A stretch of 64,000 nt of DNA from Anolis carolinensis. Its lineage: Eukaryota. Positions 14,016-26,720 of this stretch are shown here, piece by piece; the first letter of the stretch is position 1, and every line of letters begins with the position of its first letter. The notes under the pieces are model-generated. The model was not told the origin of the DNA. It worked only from the letters and a program-made list of their open reading frames with translations, and did not search any database. Made by a program: the position numbers and the translations under genes. The stretch is taken from contig NC_085842.1 of the NCBI RefSeq assembly GCF_035594765.1, forward strand, positions 23,040,782-23,104,781, read 5' to 3'.

Positions 14016-14415
14016 ATTGTCGAAGGCTTTTGTGGATGGAATCACTGGGTTGCTGTGAGTTTTCTGGGCTGTATGCTCAGGTTTCAGAAGCATTCCACAG
14101 ATATATATAACCCACTTGCCTAGTTTCCAACAGACCTCACAACTTCTGAAGATGCCTGCCACAGATGTGGGCGAAACGTCAGGAGAGAATGCTTTTGTTA
14201 CATGCATGGACAAACTTGGGTCCTCCAGGTGTTTTGGACTTCAACTCCCACAATTCCTAACAGCCTCAGGCCCTTTCCTTTCCCCCCTCAGCCACTTAAG
14301 CCTGAGACTGTTAGGAATTGTGGGAGCTGAAGTCCAAAACACCTGGAGGGCCCAAGTTTGCCCATGCCTGTTCTGGAACGTGTCCACACAGCCCAGAAGA
14401 CTCACAGCAACCCAG
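14016..14415 (+). mobile_element. Penelope-like element pLTR with inverted piece, hammerhead motif and nested hairpin MITE (14201-14370)
   Basis: ctt CTGAAGA tgcctgccacagatgtgggc GAAA cgTC aggag; inverted gggttgctgtgag / ctcacagcaaccc segments. Confidence 0.75.
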
Positions 14416-14754
14416 ATCTTATCTTGCCCAGAATTTGGTGACTGACTGTATCTATAAATATGGAAATATGGACTTTTCCCAGCCCAAATGTTTTTCCAGT
14501 CTGATCTTGGAAGCTAACCAGGGCCAGCCCTGGTTGATACTTGGATGGAGAACCATACAAAATATCAGGTGCTGTATTTCTGAGGAAAGAGCTGGCATAG
14601 CCACCTCTGAGCATTCTTAGCCCAAGAAAACCCCATGAAATTCGTGGGCTCGCCCTAAACCGATGCGAAGGCGCGTCCCCATTTCCCAATTGGCGCTCAC
14701 TGATTCGAATTAAAAGACATAAATACCTCTTTTGCTGCAATTCTATCAATCCAA

Positions 14755-15240
14755 CCTCACAAGATGGAGAGGGGGGAAGCCACGCTTTGTCCTTCCAGGC
14801 TGTTCTTTCTCTCTCTCCCCCCCCCTCCCCTTTTTTTATCCTTTCTTCCGCAAAGGATTAAAATACCCGGGACCTGGCCTCGTGATCCACTGAGCATGCG
14901 CACAAAGGCCAAGCGTTCCGCGCATGCGCAGTAGCGGGCCGTGAAATTCCCGTCGCCTTTCTCCCAACCGTCTTTTGGCTCCAGGCCCTGAAAGCGGGCG
15001 AGGATTCCCGAAGTCTGGTCTGACAAACGTTTTGGAGGGGAAAGGGAGGGGGAGAAGGAAGGAAGGAAGGAAAAGAAAGAAAAGAGGGAGGAATAGAAGG
15101 AAGATTAAACCTTTTGGGAGGGAAGACTACTCGTCTCGCTTACAAGCCAAGCGCAGAAGAACAGGCCGCCATATTGCCTCACACCGGTTGGACGCGACTG
15201 CGCATGCTCCGAGGCAAGGTTTGGCGCATGCTCAATCACA
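14755..15240. promoter_or_regulatory. CpG-rich housekeeping-type promoter (NRF1 and YY1 motifs) with two candidate minus-strand first-exon donors
   Basis: CGCGCATGCGCA at 14919-14930 (NRF1 consensus), further GCGCATGC-type cores near 14894, 15200 and 15224, and GCCGCCATATTG at 15165-15176 (YY1). Minus-strand donors GTAAGC at 15143 and GTGAGG at 14760. Local CpG enrichment. Confidence 0.7.
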
Positions 15241-15287
15241 GGCTTCCCAGTAGAGCCTCCAACACTATGGAGGAAATGGGTTGAACA

Positions 15288-15692
15288 TCTGGGTTGCTGT
15301 GAGTTTTCTGGGCTATATCGCCATATTCTAGAAGCATTCTTTCCTGACGTTTCGCCTGCATCAATGGCCGGCTAACACCTCCCAACAAAGGATTCCCCCA
15401 AGCAGGAGTCAGCCTGACCTTGAAGCTAAAAGGCTATTCAGTGCTAATCAAGATGGCCAACTGCAACATTCACACCTGCCTCAAGCAGACAAGAGTTCTT
15501 TCTCCCACCCTGAACATTCCACAGATATATAAACCCCACTTGCTTAGTTTCCAACAGTCCTCACAACTTCTGAGGATACCTGCCATAGTTGTGTATGAAA
15601 CGTCAGTAGAGAATGCTTCTGGAACATGGCCATACATCCAGGAAAACTCACAGCAACCCAATGATTCCGGCCATGAAAACCTTCGACGGCAG
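15288..15692 (+). mobile_element. Penelope-like pLTR with 5' inversion
   Basis: Same family as 14016-14415; degenerate hammerhead at 15570-15608. Confidence 0.75.
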
Positions 15693-15823
15693 GTTGAACA
15701 TCTCTTTATCTGAATTGCTTGGGGTCAGGAGGGAGTTTCCCCCACAGATTTTGAAGTATTTACGTATACATTGTAAGATATCCTGGAGATTTGATCCTAG
15801 TCTAAACACGGCATGTATATATA

Positions 15824-16281
15824 CAGTAGAGTCTCGCTTATCCAACCTCCGCTCATCCAACATTCTGTATTATCCAATGCAGTCTGCCTTTTAATAGTCA
15901 ATGTTTTTGTAGTCAATATTTTCAATACATTGCGATGTTTTGGTGCTAAATTCGTAAATACAGTAATTACTACATAACATTGCCATGTATTGAACTGCTT
16001 TTCTGTCGATTTGTTGTAAAACATGATGTTTTGGTGCTTAATTTGTAAAGTCATAATGTAATTTGATGTTTAATAGGCTTTTCCTTAATCCCTCCTTATT
16101 AACCAACAAATTGACTACAAATAAAGCTAGAATTGCATAAAATGAACTTACCGTAACAACATTGTTGGTAGTTAAATCTGTAAAAAGTTCAGTCCTTGCT
16201 GCCTAGAAAACAGCTGTGGATCCGGGCGGGAGGCAGACTGTGTTGGATAATCCAGAACGTTAGATAAGTGAGACTCTACTG
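15824..16281. mobile_element. Tc1/mariner-superfamily MITE
   Basis: TIR CAGTAGAGTCTC(A/G)CTTATC, TA target duplication. Confidence 0.85.
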
Positions 16282-17128
16282 TATGTGATTGGTTAGGGAT
16301 GGCATTTAATTTCATAGTACGATGTACAATGACAATCGAGTTACTATATTCTACTCTATCTACACTGTAGTTTTAAGGCAGTTTCACACCACTTTCACTG
16401 CCATGGTTCAATACTATGGAATTCAGAGAGTTGTTGGAGCTCAACCACATCCTTCTTAAGTCAATAACCCTCAGTGAGGAAATAGATAGGCAGCAAACAG
16501 TATTATGTGAGGGAAGACCTTTCCCATTATCCCTGAATGCCTGTTATCTGTGTCTGTTTTTCATCACTTTTAAACCCTCCTACCATTTCCTTGACATTAT
16601 AATTCTTAGGTTGCATGCCCTTGGTTTTCAGCCCCCCCAAAAAGAGACATCTGTGCTCAGTCTCTCTCTTAAGACTTTGTGTCAGAGTTTGAATGCAGCA
16701 TGTAGTATTTTAATTTTCCCTTTGTTTGACTTTAGAAGGAATAGGGGTCATACTATATCTCTTATTTACTCTTAGTTAGTCTATACCCATCTATACCTAT
16801 CTTTTCTATCTATATATGTACTTCCTTGTGATTTAATAAACTTTCTGAAACTGTTAAGGTAAATTTTGCATCTTATGTTTCTTTAAGCTCAAGATTCCTT
16901 TTCAGCCATGTTATTGCACCCTACTGTGCCTTTGGTTTTTTATAAATGCTTTTGCTGTTTTGAGGGGAATTTCCATACCAGTAGTTTGGTGAGGCATAAA
17001 CTTTATCAGAGAAAGCTAAAACTACATTACATCTAATGTAGATGTATCCTAGCACATTACTGCTAAATAGACTTGAATTTGATTCCAAGATCCCACCTTT
17101 TCCCCCTCTACCCTACTTCTTATATAGA

Positions 17129-18141
17129 CTTACTTACTTAGGAAATCCCTCGCAGCCCAAGGATGATGGCCTTCCAAGTGTGTCTTGACGGTGGCTGAAG
17201 AGACCTATTCTTGACCTGCATGTTCTTCTGCAGTGAGGACATCGGTTTCCAGACGGAAGGCGATCCCGATCAGGGTTGGCTTGGTGCGACTTCCTCTTGG
17301 CACGTTTCTCGCTTAAGCCCTCCATTCGTGCCTCTTCAAATTATGCAGCACTGCTGGTCACAGCTGGCCTCCAATTAGAGCACTGAAGGGTCAGGGCTTC
17401 CCAGTTCTCAATGTCTATGCCACAGTTTTTAAGGTTTGCTTTGAAATCTCTTTTTTAAATCTCTTTTTCTGTCCACCAACATTCCGTTTTCCATTCTTGA
17501 GTTGGGAGTATAGTAACTGCTTTGGGAGACGGTGATCGGGCATTCGAACAACATGGCCAGTCCAGCGGAGTTGTTGGCGTAGGAGCATCGCTTCAATGCT
17601 GACGGTCTTTGCTTCTTCCAGCACACTGACATTTGTCCGCCTGTCTTCCCAAGAGATTTACAGGATTTTTCGGAGACAATGCTGATGGAATCTTTCCAGG
17701 AGTTGAGTGTGACGTGTGTAGACCGTCCACGTTTCGCAGACGTAGAGCAGGGTTGGGAGGACAATGGCTTTCTAAACAAGCACCTTGGTATCTCTACGGA
17801 TGTCCCGATCCCCAAACGCTCTCTGCTTCATTCGAAGAAATGCTGCACTCGCAGAGCTCAGGCAGTGTTGTATTTCAGCATCACTGTTGACTTTTGTGGA
17901 GAGGTGGCTGCCAAGGTAGCAGAAATGGTCAACATTTTCTAATGTTACATCATTAAGCTGTATTCCTGGCATTGCAGAGGGATTGGCTGGTATCTGCTGG
18001 AAGAGCACTTTGGTTTTCTCGATGTTCAATGAGAGGCTGAGCTTCTCATATGCTTCTGCAAAGGTGTTTAGAGTGGCTTGTAGGTCTTCTTCTGAATGCG
18101 CACAGACAACATTATCATCAGCATATTGGAGCAGATGTTGT
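17129..18141 (-). mobile_element. RTE-clade LINE, 5'-truncated
   Basis: YADD RT motif at ~18125 (minus), LRWTGHVVRMPDHRLPKQLLY, C2H2 CPHCRRTC, (taag)n tail. Confidence 0.85.
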
Positions 18142-18531
18142 TATGACCTTGGTTTTAGCTTGGTTTTGGCTTTGGTGTTCTTATATAGAACACCAAAGGC
18201 AAAGCTCTATGTCTGCCAAGCCCCACCCTTGTTTTCTGCTCATCTGAAAGGGGTTTTTTGAACATCAGAAGGCTAGTGAGCTTGTGATGAATGACAGGCC
18301 AAAAGAAAGCCTTCCCCTTAACCATGTCTTTCAGATAGGTTGGATCTAATTTGTACAGATATGTATAGGTTGTGATCAGTCCTTTGAATGAACTGTGCCT
18401 CAAAATATACCATTAGTCAAAGAAGCATTTTTAAGTAAGGGAGTAATATGCTTAGAGAACAACTTGAGGCATTTGGGGAACTCAGATTTTGCAGCACCAG
18501 AGGTTGGGCAGAGGCGGAATCATCAGCTGCT

Positions 18532-18563
18532 TTCCAGTAAGAGAAAGTCTGAGAAACTAAAGT
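18532..18563 (+). promoter_or_regulatory. GAS-like plus degenerate ISRE upstream of TRIM copy 1
   Basis: TTCCAGTAA (18532-18540) and GAAACTAAAGT (18553-18563), positionally homologous to the modules of copies 2-4. Confidence 0.45.
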
Positions 18564-18612
18564 AAGGCCATTAACTCTGTCTGTTTTCTGCAGTGGTGCA
18601 GCATCAGCAGCT

Positions 18613-21600
18613 ATGGCTTCTGGAGACCCTGTGAAGAAGCTCTGCGAGGAACTGGCCTGTCCTATCTGCTTGGAGTATTTCAAAGAGCCTGTGAGCCTCT
18701 CCTGTGGGCACAATTTCTGCCAGTCCTGTCTGGATCTATGCTGGGAGGAGAAAGAGGCCTCCTGCCCACAGTGCAGGGAGAAAGTGCAGGAAGGAGACAC
18801 CAGACCAAATAGGCAGCTGGTGAATCTGGTGGAGATTGCCAAGGAACTGTGGAGCCTTAAGGCAGAAGAAAGGGGGAGAGTCTGCCAGAGGCACCAGGAG
18901 CCCCTCAAGCTCTTCTGCAAGAACCATGAATCCCCCATCTGTCTGGTGTGCGACAAGGCAAAGGAGCACGAAAACCACAAAGTGATTCCTCTGGACGAGG
19001 CATCAAAGGAGTACAAGGTAGGAGGGGGTAAACTTGGGACACCTAACAAGGTGTTGTGGTGCATCTCCATCTCACCATGCAGGTCATGCAGGTCTGTGGC
19101 TGGCAGTTCAGTATTTCTCCAGACCCTGAGATTTTCAGGGATCAGGGGTGCCCCTACACAGTTTGATTCCACTTTAATTACCATGGCTCAATGCTACAAA
19201 ACATGATAGTTGCAGTCGTACAAGATCTTTTGCGTCTTTGCCAAAGTGTGCCAGTGCCTTACGAATCCACAAATTCAAAATCCCATACCATTGAGCCCTG
19301 ACAATTAAGGTAGTGTTAAAGCATGTTCATTCTACAGTGTAGATGCGCCCTGAGACTTGAGCAACAGAATTAAAAAATCCCTGCATATTAGAAAGAATAT
19401 CCTGTTGACAATAGCTGTTCCATGACTGAATATGATGTAAGTAAACATGTTGGAGTATCTTTCTTTAAACAGAGGCTGGATGGCCATCTGTCAGGGAGGA
19501 TGCTTTGATAGTGTGATCCTGAATGGCAGAATGAGGTGGCACTAGTGAACCCTTTCTTCCAGCCAGAAGGTGAACTCAAAGCAGGGCAGAGAATGAGTCC
19601 TGATGGAGAGGGAAGGAAGCCGCTAAATACAGGCAAAACGCAGGAGAAAATGCTGCTAGAACACAGCCATGCAGCCCGGAAACCATACAACACAACAATA
19701 TTTGGTTTAATTGCACAAATCTTCTATTCCACTGCAGTTGGGTTCTCACTAACAGCGGAGCCATACTGAAGGGAGGAGTTTAATATCACACTTTTTCTTA
19801 GTTCTGCCAATTTAGTAATTCAGGGTCCCATGAGTGCACTTTTGCATGCCCTGTTAATCATACTTCAGCTGATTCTTCTAGTACAGTTTGAGCCATTTAT
19901 TTGTATTTAGAGCAATTTTATTTCATGATTTAAGCTTTGAAGAATAACACATGAAAATATAACTGAAATATAAAATAAAATTTAAAAAACAGATAGTTTG
20001 GATTAGCGAGGGAGAGTGGAAGGAGTGAAGGGAAAGACCAACTCCTGATTTGATCTTGCTCTCATCATGCTGGCTCAGAAGGGGACCCATTGCATCAAGG
20101 TAAGCGACAGGACAGTTGTGGGATTATGAACTATAGGTTGGTATTCACTGACAATAACTAGAGATGGGATAATCATGGAGAGGAGGCAAGACAGCAGGAG
20201 GATGAACATGGCATCATGCAATAGGGATGCAATAGCTTGCCTGCCTCCTGTGATAGCACGCATCATGCACATTCTCCAAAATAAAATTGATTAGTACAGG
20301 GATAAAACCTGGGATTTTCAGATCCCTTTTTTGTTTGGCGGGTCTGTTTATAAGTAAAAAAATTGTGGAAGCAGTATTAACATAAGAAGAGAGGGCTGCC
20401 AATAAAGGTCAAGATTGTCCAAAGCACCCATAAAATTCAGTAAATGTGGTGTGGTTGATGGCATTATCTTTGAAAACATTCTAAACACTGAAGAAAATAA
20501 GTGACCAAGAACTTTATCTTCCTCTTCAGGATCAGATTTTGAATTTTTTGGAGACTCTGAAGAAGGAGAAAGAGAATATTCTGGCCTACAAAGCAGACGC
20601 AGCACAGGAAAGCCAAGATTTGCTCGTAAGTGGCATTGCTACTGAAAAAGGAGAGTGTATGAGTGAATGTGAGTCTGAATAATAATAAACTGAATTCCAT
20701 TTGTCAAAACTATCTCTCATTATAAGAGACCTGATAGCCTACAGAAAATATTGAACCAAACCCATTCCAGTGGCAGGCCCTTGAAGGTCTTCACAAAGCA
20801 CTTTCACCACTGGATATTGACATTTTCTTTGTGAGGAGATGTAAGCCCCGCTCCAAAGGAATGCAGATAATTGGGTTGCTGTAAATTTTCTGGCTGTATG
20901 GCCATGTTCCAGAAGCATTCTCTCCCGATGTTTCGCCCACATTTGCAGATAATTTGCTCCAAAGATCTTCTTTCTGCCTGTCACTCCCGTTTCCCTTTCC
21001 ATTTGAAAAGTTCTAATAGCCTACAGACTATATCGACCCATTCCAGTGGCAGGTTTTTGTGGGGATTCACAAAGCTCCTTTTCTTCTGGATACTGATGTT
21101 TTTATGTGAAGAGACACAAATCCCTTTCCAATGTGGAGAATCCATTTCAAAAGCTGACTTTCACTCTTTTCCTTTATTCTAGAAGAAGACCCAAAGAGAG
21201 AAGGATAGGACTGTGGCTGCCTTCAGACACATGCACCAGTTTCTAGAAGAACAAGAGAGGAATCTTCTGGCAAAAATGGAAGAGGTGGAGAAGGAGATTT
21301 CAGCTAAAGGAGAGGAACATCTGGCCAGACTCTCCAAAGAACTCTCCTCTCTCTCGAAACTCATCCAAGAGATGGAGGAGAAGCATCAGCAGCCGGCAAG
21401 TGAACTCCTCCAGGTAAGGCCCAGACTGTCCTCATGGATGGCTGAGAAACGCAGTCTGTCTGTTATATGCAGCCTGGCTGTAGAATTATTTTTAATCAAT
21501 AGGTTGCTGTATGGCCATGTTTCCAGCAGTATTCTCTCCTGACATTTCTCCTGCATCTGTGCTGATGGGCAAGATCAGGACTTTAGGGAGGATGTTTTAA

Positions 21601-24600
21601 CACTTCAAAATAAAGTTTTTACAGAATGTTGACAACAGTTTGTAGGATTGCATTGACATGCAATAATTCAGTGCCCTTGGATAGCAGTCCTCTGCATTGT
21701 GTCTGAATTCTAAGCTTCAGCTCTTCAGTGTAGTGATCACCCAAAGAAACATGATATAAAATGTCCTTCGGAAACTGAACATCCACAAAGCCCTAACGCC
21801 TTAATCTGATCAACTGTCCTGCTGTGATTTTGAGGAAATTCATGGAGCCAAGATTTGGCTGTGACTGTTGACCTTTCCCTCACCTCACAAGCCCCAGCCT
21901 CTCTGCGTGAAGAGAAATACAAATATTCCCTTAACTCTGTTACCCCGAGAAACACTTACACGTACAGATATATAGACATAGATATATGAAATCATACAGT
22001 TCTTTAATAAACAAAGCAGACCCGGCTCTTTCTCTCTTTCCTCGTTTCCTAACTTGTTCATGGTTGCAAAACTTTGTATAATCGAACTACCAGATCCAAT
22101 ATATTACCATTCCATTTCTACATCTCAGAATGTGGCAAAGTCTCCTTCTCTGGAGGTTTTTAAATAGAAGCTGGATGGCCGTCTGGTGGGAGTGCTTTAA
22201 TTGTGCATTCTTTCATTGTATCTGCTTGGACTGAAGAGATCCAGATTCTGGTGCTTGGCTCATTAAAAAGCTGCTTGTAAAATAGTGCCACTATTCTTAG
22301 TTTGTGGAGGGAGGGATGCTTTGCCCTCCTAGGTTTGTGCCAACTATTTCCATGAGTTGGATACCCTGTTTTTTCAGCTATATGGGATTGCTCTCCATGC
22401 AAATACCTCTCCTGAGTTCTTTCTTTTCCTTATTTACAGGATATCAGAAGCTTCTTGCAGGGGTAAGTTAATTTCCTCTCTTCCTCCCACTAAAGCTCAG
22501 ATTTCCACATGAAATACATGACTCTCCAAAGCTGCAGCACATTGTAGGAATCCGTGTTTGGCTGGTGTTCACGGCATTGGACTCGATAGCCAGTGAGACT
22601 ATTTTGACTCTGATTCCGTGGAGCACCTACATTCTAGAATCAATGCAATTTGATAACAACAACAACAATAACAACCACAGCAGCAAACTTGAATTTGTTA
22701 TCCACCTCTCCTCACAACTCGAGACAGGACACAATCCAGCCAAAGCACACCACCAGGAATACATACCATAAAATATGTACTTTACAACACACCATCACAA
22801 AACACATATTAAAATACACAATGCAAGGATTAAAATACAGTATCAATAGAATGTAAATTTAAAGTTCACAGTTTAAAATTTTCTTGAACTGCTATGGCTC
22901 AATGCTCTGGAAAGTAGGCACCAGCATTCTTTGGCAGAAAAAGCCCCTTAAATGACTGCATAGCATTGAGCCATAGGAGAGTGAAAGTGGTGTCAAACTG
23001 CATTCATTGTTGTTTGTACATCCTCTGATATTTTCTTTCTCTCCCAGATATAAGAATAAAGAGAAATCTGAGACTTCTGCAGCCTTTTCTCCTGCCCTAA
23101 AGTGGAAGATCTGGGACGTCTGTGATATCAATCCCTTTCTGGAAGGTGTCATGAAGCAATTCAGAGGTAAGGGAGAATGTCTGCAAGGATTTTCAGTGAT
23201 ATTTGATCTTAGTCTGAAAGGGGAGCGGAAAGGTTTCAAAGAATTTGGAAAGTTAGGGCCATGAAACAGTAGATTGGAAAGCCAATGGAAACAACAGGTT
23301 CATTTTAAATGTGAAGCAAAATTGCATCTATTTGCTCTGTTGATTTTTTTCCTTTTCTATTTTATTTCAAGTGTGGAGTCACATTTCAATTGTGAAGCAA
23401 AACAAAATGAAAATTTACTTACCTTACTCTGGTCCATGTGAGGATTGGTTGAGTACAAGTTACTGATTTGTAAAATCAAATGTTGTGGGGCACCCATTTT
23501 TTATCAGCAATCCATAGTATTTTATGATCTTCATTCAAAGGTGAATGTGAACATTGGACAGTCAGCCCTCTACATTCACAGGCGTTAAGGATGTGGGATC
23601 TCCTGGAAATGGGGGAAAATGTGGATAAAAAACCCTGAGAGAATACTTCTCGAGAAATGTCTGGAGGCCCTTCTACACTGCTATATAATCCAGACTATCA
23701 AAGCAGATAATACACATTATTTACCTTGAACTGGATTATATGAGTCTATACTGCCATATAATCCAGTTCAAAGCAGATAATCAGGATTTTATATGGCAGT
23801 GTAGAAGGGGCGTAGGCTGCCCAGTGAGATATTGACCATCTGAAAGAAGTTGCACTTGGAGGATCTAGAGATTCGTAGAGAGGCGTTTCCTGTAGGGATC
23901 TGTAGTTTCCCAGGTTGACCCTATAGACAACTTCCTGGAGCAGTTTACAATTGCATCACACTGGAGGACACGGAGACTCTTAGAGAGAAGATTTTAATCA
24001 ATGAGACGTAACTCTCAGTGAGTGAAGTCCCACTACGTCTCTTGGGTGCAGGATTTCAGCCCTCCTGTGTTGTTTCCTCCTGGGTTTCTGAGAGTCACCA
24101 TGTTGTGCTAATCCTCACTCTCTTCTTTCTCTCTCCAGCCTCTCTGGAATCTGGGCTTCAGCAGGAAAAAGGTAAACAAACAAACAAACAGATTTTTTAA
24201 CAGAGGGTTGCATTGAGGCTGAGAGAGTGCAGCGTGGCCAATGTGGGTTTCCATTGAAAAAGGGAGGGGATTCAAACCCTGGTCTCCCTGAGCTTTCGTC
24301 CAACCCTCAGACCACTGTTCCACTCTGGATTAAAGTAGACTTGCCTTGGTATAGTCATCTTTGCTTCGAGGGAGCATTTAGGGGTGATTTATCTCCATTT
24401 ATTTGCCTTTTTACCCAGCCTTAACCATGCAAGATATAGCAGAGCCAAGCAAAAAACAAACAAACCCAAAAACCTCCCTTTCTCTCGGTGTATTTACACG
24501 AGAGAATGAATGCAGTTTGACACCACTTTCATTGCCATGGCCTGGAAGTTCAGGGAATAATGTTCTCCCACTCTGCTCATATCAGTATCCATGGCCAATC

Positions 24601-25315
24601 AGGTTTAAAGTATAACCCTCCCAAGAGAGTGACAACAATAAACAACACTTAATTTATATTGATTGGGAAATAGTTGACTGGAAACTAGAATACCTTAATA
24701 TGATAATATCAAACCAGACTTCCAGATGTCTTCCCCCAAACTACTGACACCTATGTTATGCAGCACAGGTGAAGAGGAAATAGCTTTAAAATGAAAGTTC
24801 TTCTCTGATATTGTATGAAGTCTGGTTTCAGACTTCTCGGAGTTGTGATTAAAAGAGTATATTTTTAAAGTTTTGACCAAATGGCATGTATTTGGATTCG
24901 GTATAGAATTCCCAAAAGAGTGTAAAAAAAACCCTGAACACTGACTTTTTATGGCTCCTTGCTTCAAGCTTACTTTAGTGGCACACATTATGCCTCCCTA
25001 GATAAAGAATCAGTCTCCTACCCCAATATGAAATATGTGGGACTTTAATATTGTCATAAAACCGGGTGATTAGTCTGCCTTCAAATTCTTTCTGACTTAT
25101 GGGGCTGAGAGTGTGTGACTGGCACAATGTTACCCAGTGGGATTCCATGACTGAGGGGGAACCAAACCCTGGTCTCCAGAGTCATAGTGTTGCTCTTAAG
25201 AAGGAGACAGCATGATGTAGAACCAGTCCAGATTTGAGAGGGCGAGAGAATATTTCCCTGTCATTTTTTTTTAGAATCAGAGGTGGAAACTGATCTTCTA
25301 TCAATTTTTCTTTTC

Positions 25316-25375
<60 letters not shown>

Positions 25376-25932
25376 TCCCACTTCATCCCGATCTGTTTCC
25401 ACCACCAACAGCACATGTGACTCTGGATCCAGACACAGCCCATCCTCGGCTCATCCTCTCTGAAGATCACAGACGTGTGATGAAGGCAGAGAAAAAGCAA
25501 GATCTTCCTGACAATCCTGAGAGATTCAATTATTGGCCTTTTGTGCTGGGCCTGGAGGGATTCACAGGAGGCAGGCATTTCTGGGAAGTCCTTGTGGGGA
25601 GTGAGGAAGAATGGTTTGTGGGAGTTGCCAGAAAGTCTGTGCAGAGAAAGGGCATCATCCACTGTGGGCCTTGGGCTGGGATCTGGCGAGTGGGAAAGGG
25701 GAAGTGTGGATACAAGTTCTCCTCCGACAAAGATGCATTCCCATTTCTGACTCTGAGCGAGAAGCCCAAGAGGGTCCGAGTGACTCTGAACTACGAAGGG
25801 GGTCGTGTGGCCTTTTACGATGCAGACTCAGCAGCCCAGATCTTTCAATACCCTCCAGCCTCTTTCTCAGGAGAGACCCTCCTTCCCCTGTTTTATGTGA
25901 CTAAAAAAGCCCAACTAGAGCTCTCCCCGTAA
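18613..25932 (+). CDS. TRIM copy 1: intact RING/B-box2/coiled-coil/PRY-SPRY E3 ligase, TRIM27/TRIM39-like, 475 aa
   Basis: Exons 18613-19017, 20530-20625, 21183-21413, 22440-22462, 23048-23166, 24139-24171, 25412-25932 (405/96/231/23/119/33/521 nt, all GT-AG, 1428 nt, no stop). C3HC4 RING CPIC..CGHNFCQSC..CPQC, B-box CQRH..C..CLVC..H..H, and PRY-SPRY motifs VTLDPDTAHP, GRHFWEV, LNYEGGRVAFY. The 96/231/23 exon sizes are typical of class-IV TRIMs. Confidence 0.93.
25310..25377 (+). repeat. (TTTC)n microsatellite in the polypyrimidine tract before the SPRY exon of copy 1
   Basis: Directly visible; paralogs have (TTCA)n at this site. Confidence 0.9.
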
Positions 25933-26181
25933 GGATGGAGAGCAATGCCCAAAGACTCACACATCTGAGACACAAGAGGAGCTTTATCTCTGGAGATTTG
26001 GAGCTGTGGATTCTTTTTGCTCTCTTTCTGAAACCTCTCTACTCTTTCATTAAATATTTGTGAAAACCTGGCTGGAGTCTGGAGTGTGAATGAAGAAGCC
26101 ATTCCTCATGGCAGTGCTCAGCTCATGGATCAGCCAGGGACTTCATGGAAAGCCCAGCTACAACCATAACAACAAAGAGGG

Positions 26182-26187
26182 AATAAA
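26182..26187 (+). terminator. Polyadenylation signal of TRIM copy 1 (homologues at 36657-36662 and 49815-49820)
   Basis: AATAAA about 250 nt after the stop, conserved in copies 1-3 and followed by T-rich sequence. Confidence 0.6.
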
Positions 26188-26429
26188 AGACCTAAATCAG
26201 TTTTTAGTCAAGAATTCAATTGGAATTCAGTTGTAAGTCTATTTGCTCCTGCCTTTCCTGGCGTTTCACAGGGATGGAGGCAGGACTTGGCTGTGAAGTT
26301 AAACATAAGTGTAGCCTTGCTTCATCCCCTTGCCAACTGGAAACAATTCTTTTTCTGTCTTCTGTCCTCATTGTGCCCGCTTGTCCTGAGTAGAAGTTAC
26401 ACATCAGGAAAATCCAATGTCATGGTGCA

Positions 26430-26720
26430 CCTATTTCTTTATGTACAGCGCATCGTTTTTCATGATCTGAATAATCAAAGACTTTGCTGTAAATAATAAA
26501 GCACAGATTGATTTTTCTCTGAAATACGTACTTTTCTGCATTCCATTATCCAACATATGTTTCAATATGATCCCTTGTACCTTTTTGTTTTCTGAAAGCA
26601 GCTTGGACATCTGGCAGTTTCACTCTGTATATAGTGAAATAGTTGTTTTGGTCATGTTTGAGTATCACTTGTTTTATGCCTGGAAGGTCAGTGCAGTTGT
26701 TCTGCTTGTCTGAAATCTCG
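26430..26720 (-). mobile_element. Old BovB-like RT fragment carried in each duplication unit (also ~36930-37200, ~50080-50350)
   Basis: LPDVQAAFRKQKGTRDHI on the minus strand; present after copies 1, 2 and 3. Confidence 0.65.

Noticed and set aside
14495-14660. 5S rRNA-like sequence (also ~1830-1890, ~9830-9900, ~12290-12370)
   Set aside because: Degenerate, partial and joined to a SINE body; these are 5S-derived SINE relics, not rRNA genes.
18417-19184. Antisense ORFs over TRIM exon 1 (255 aa here, shorter in the other copies)
   Set aside because: Shadow frames of the coding strand; starts and stops are not conserved between paralogs.
19018-19206. ORF-track extensions of exon 1 (VGGGK.GTPNKVLW...) as coding sequence
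   Set aside because: They follow a canonical AAG|GTAGGA donor and end at different positions in each copy; this is intron read-through.
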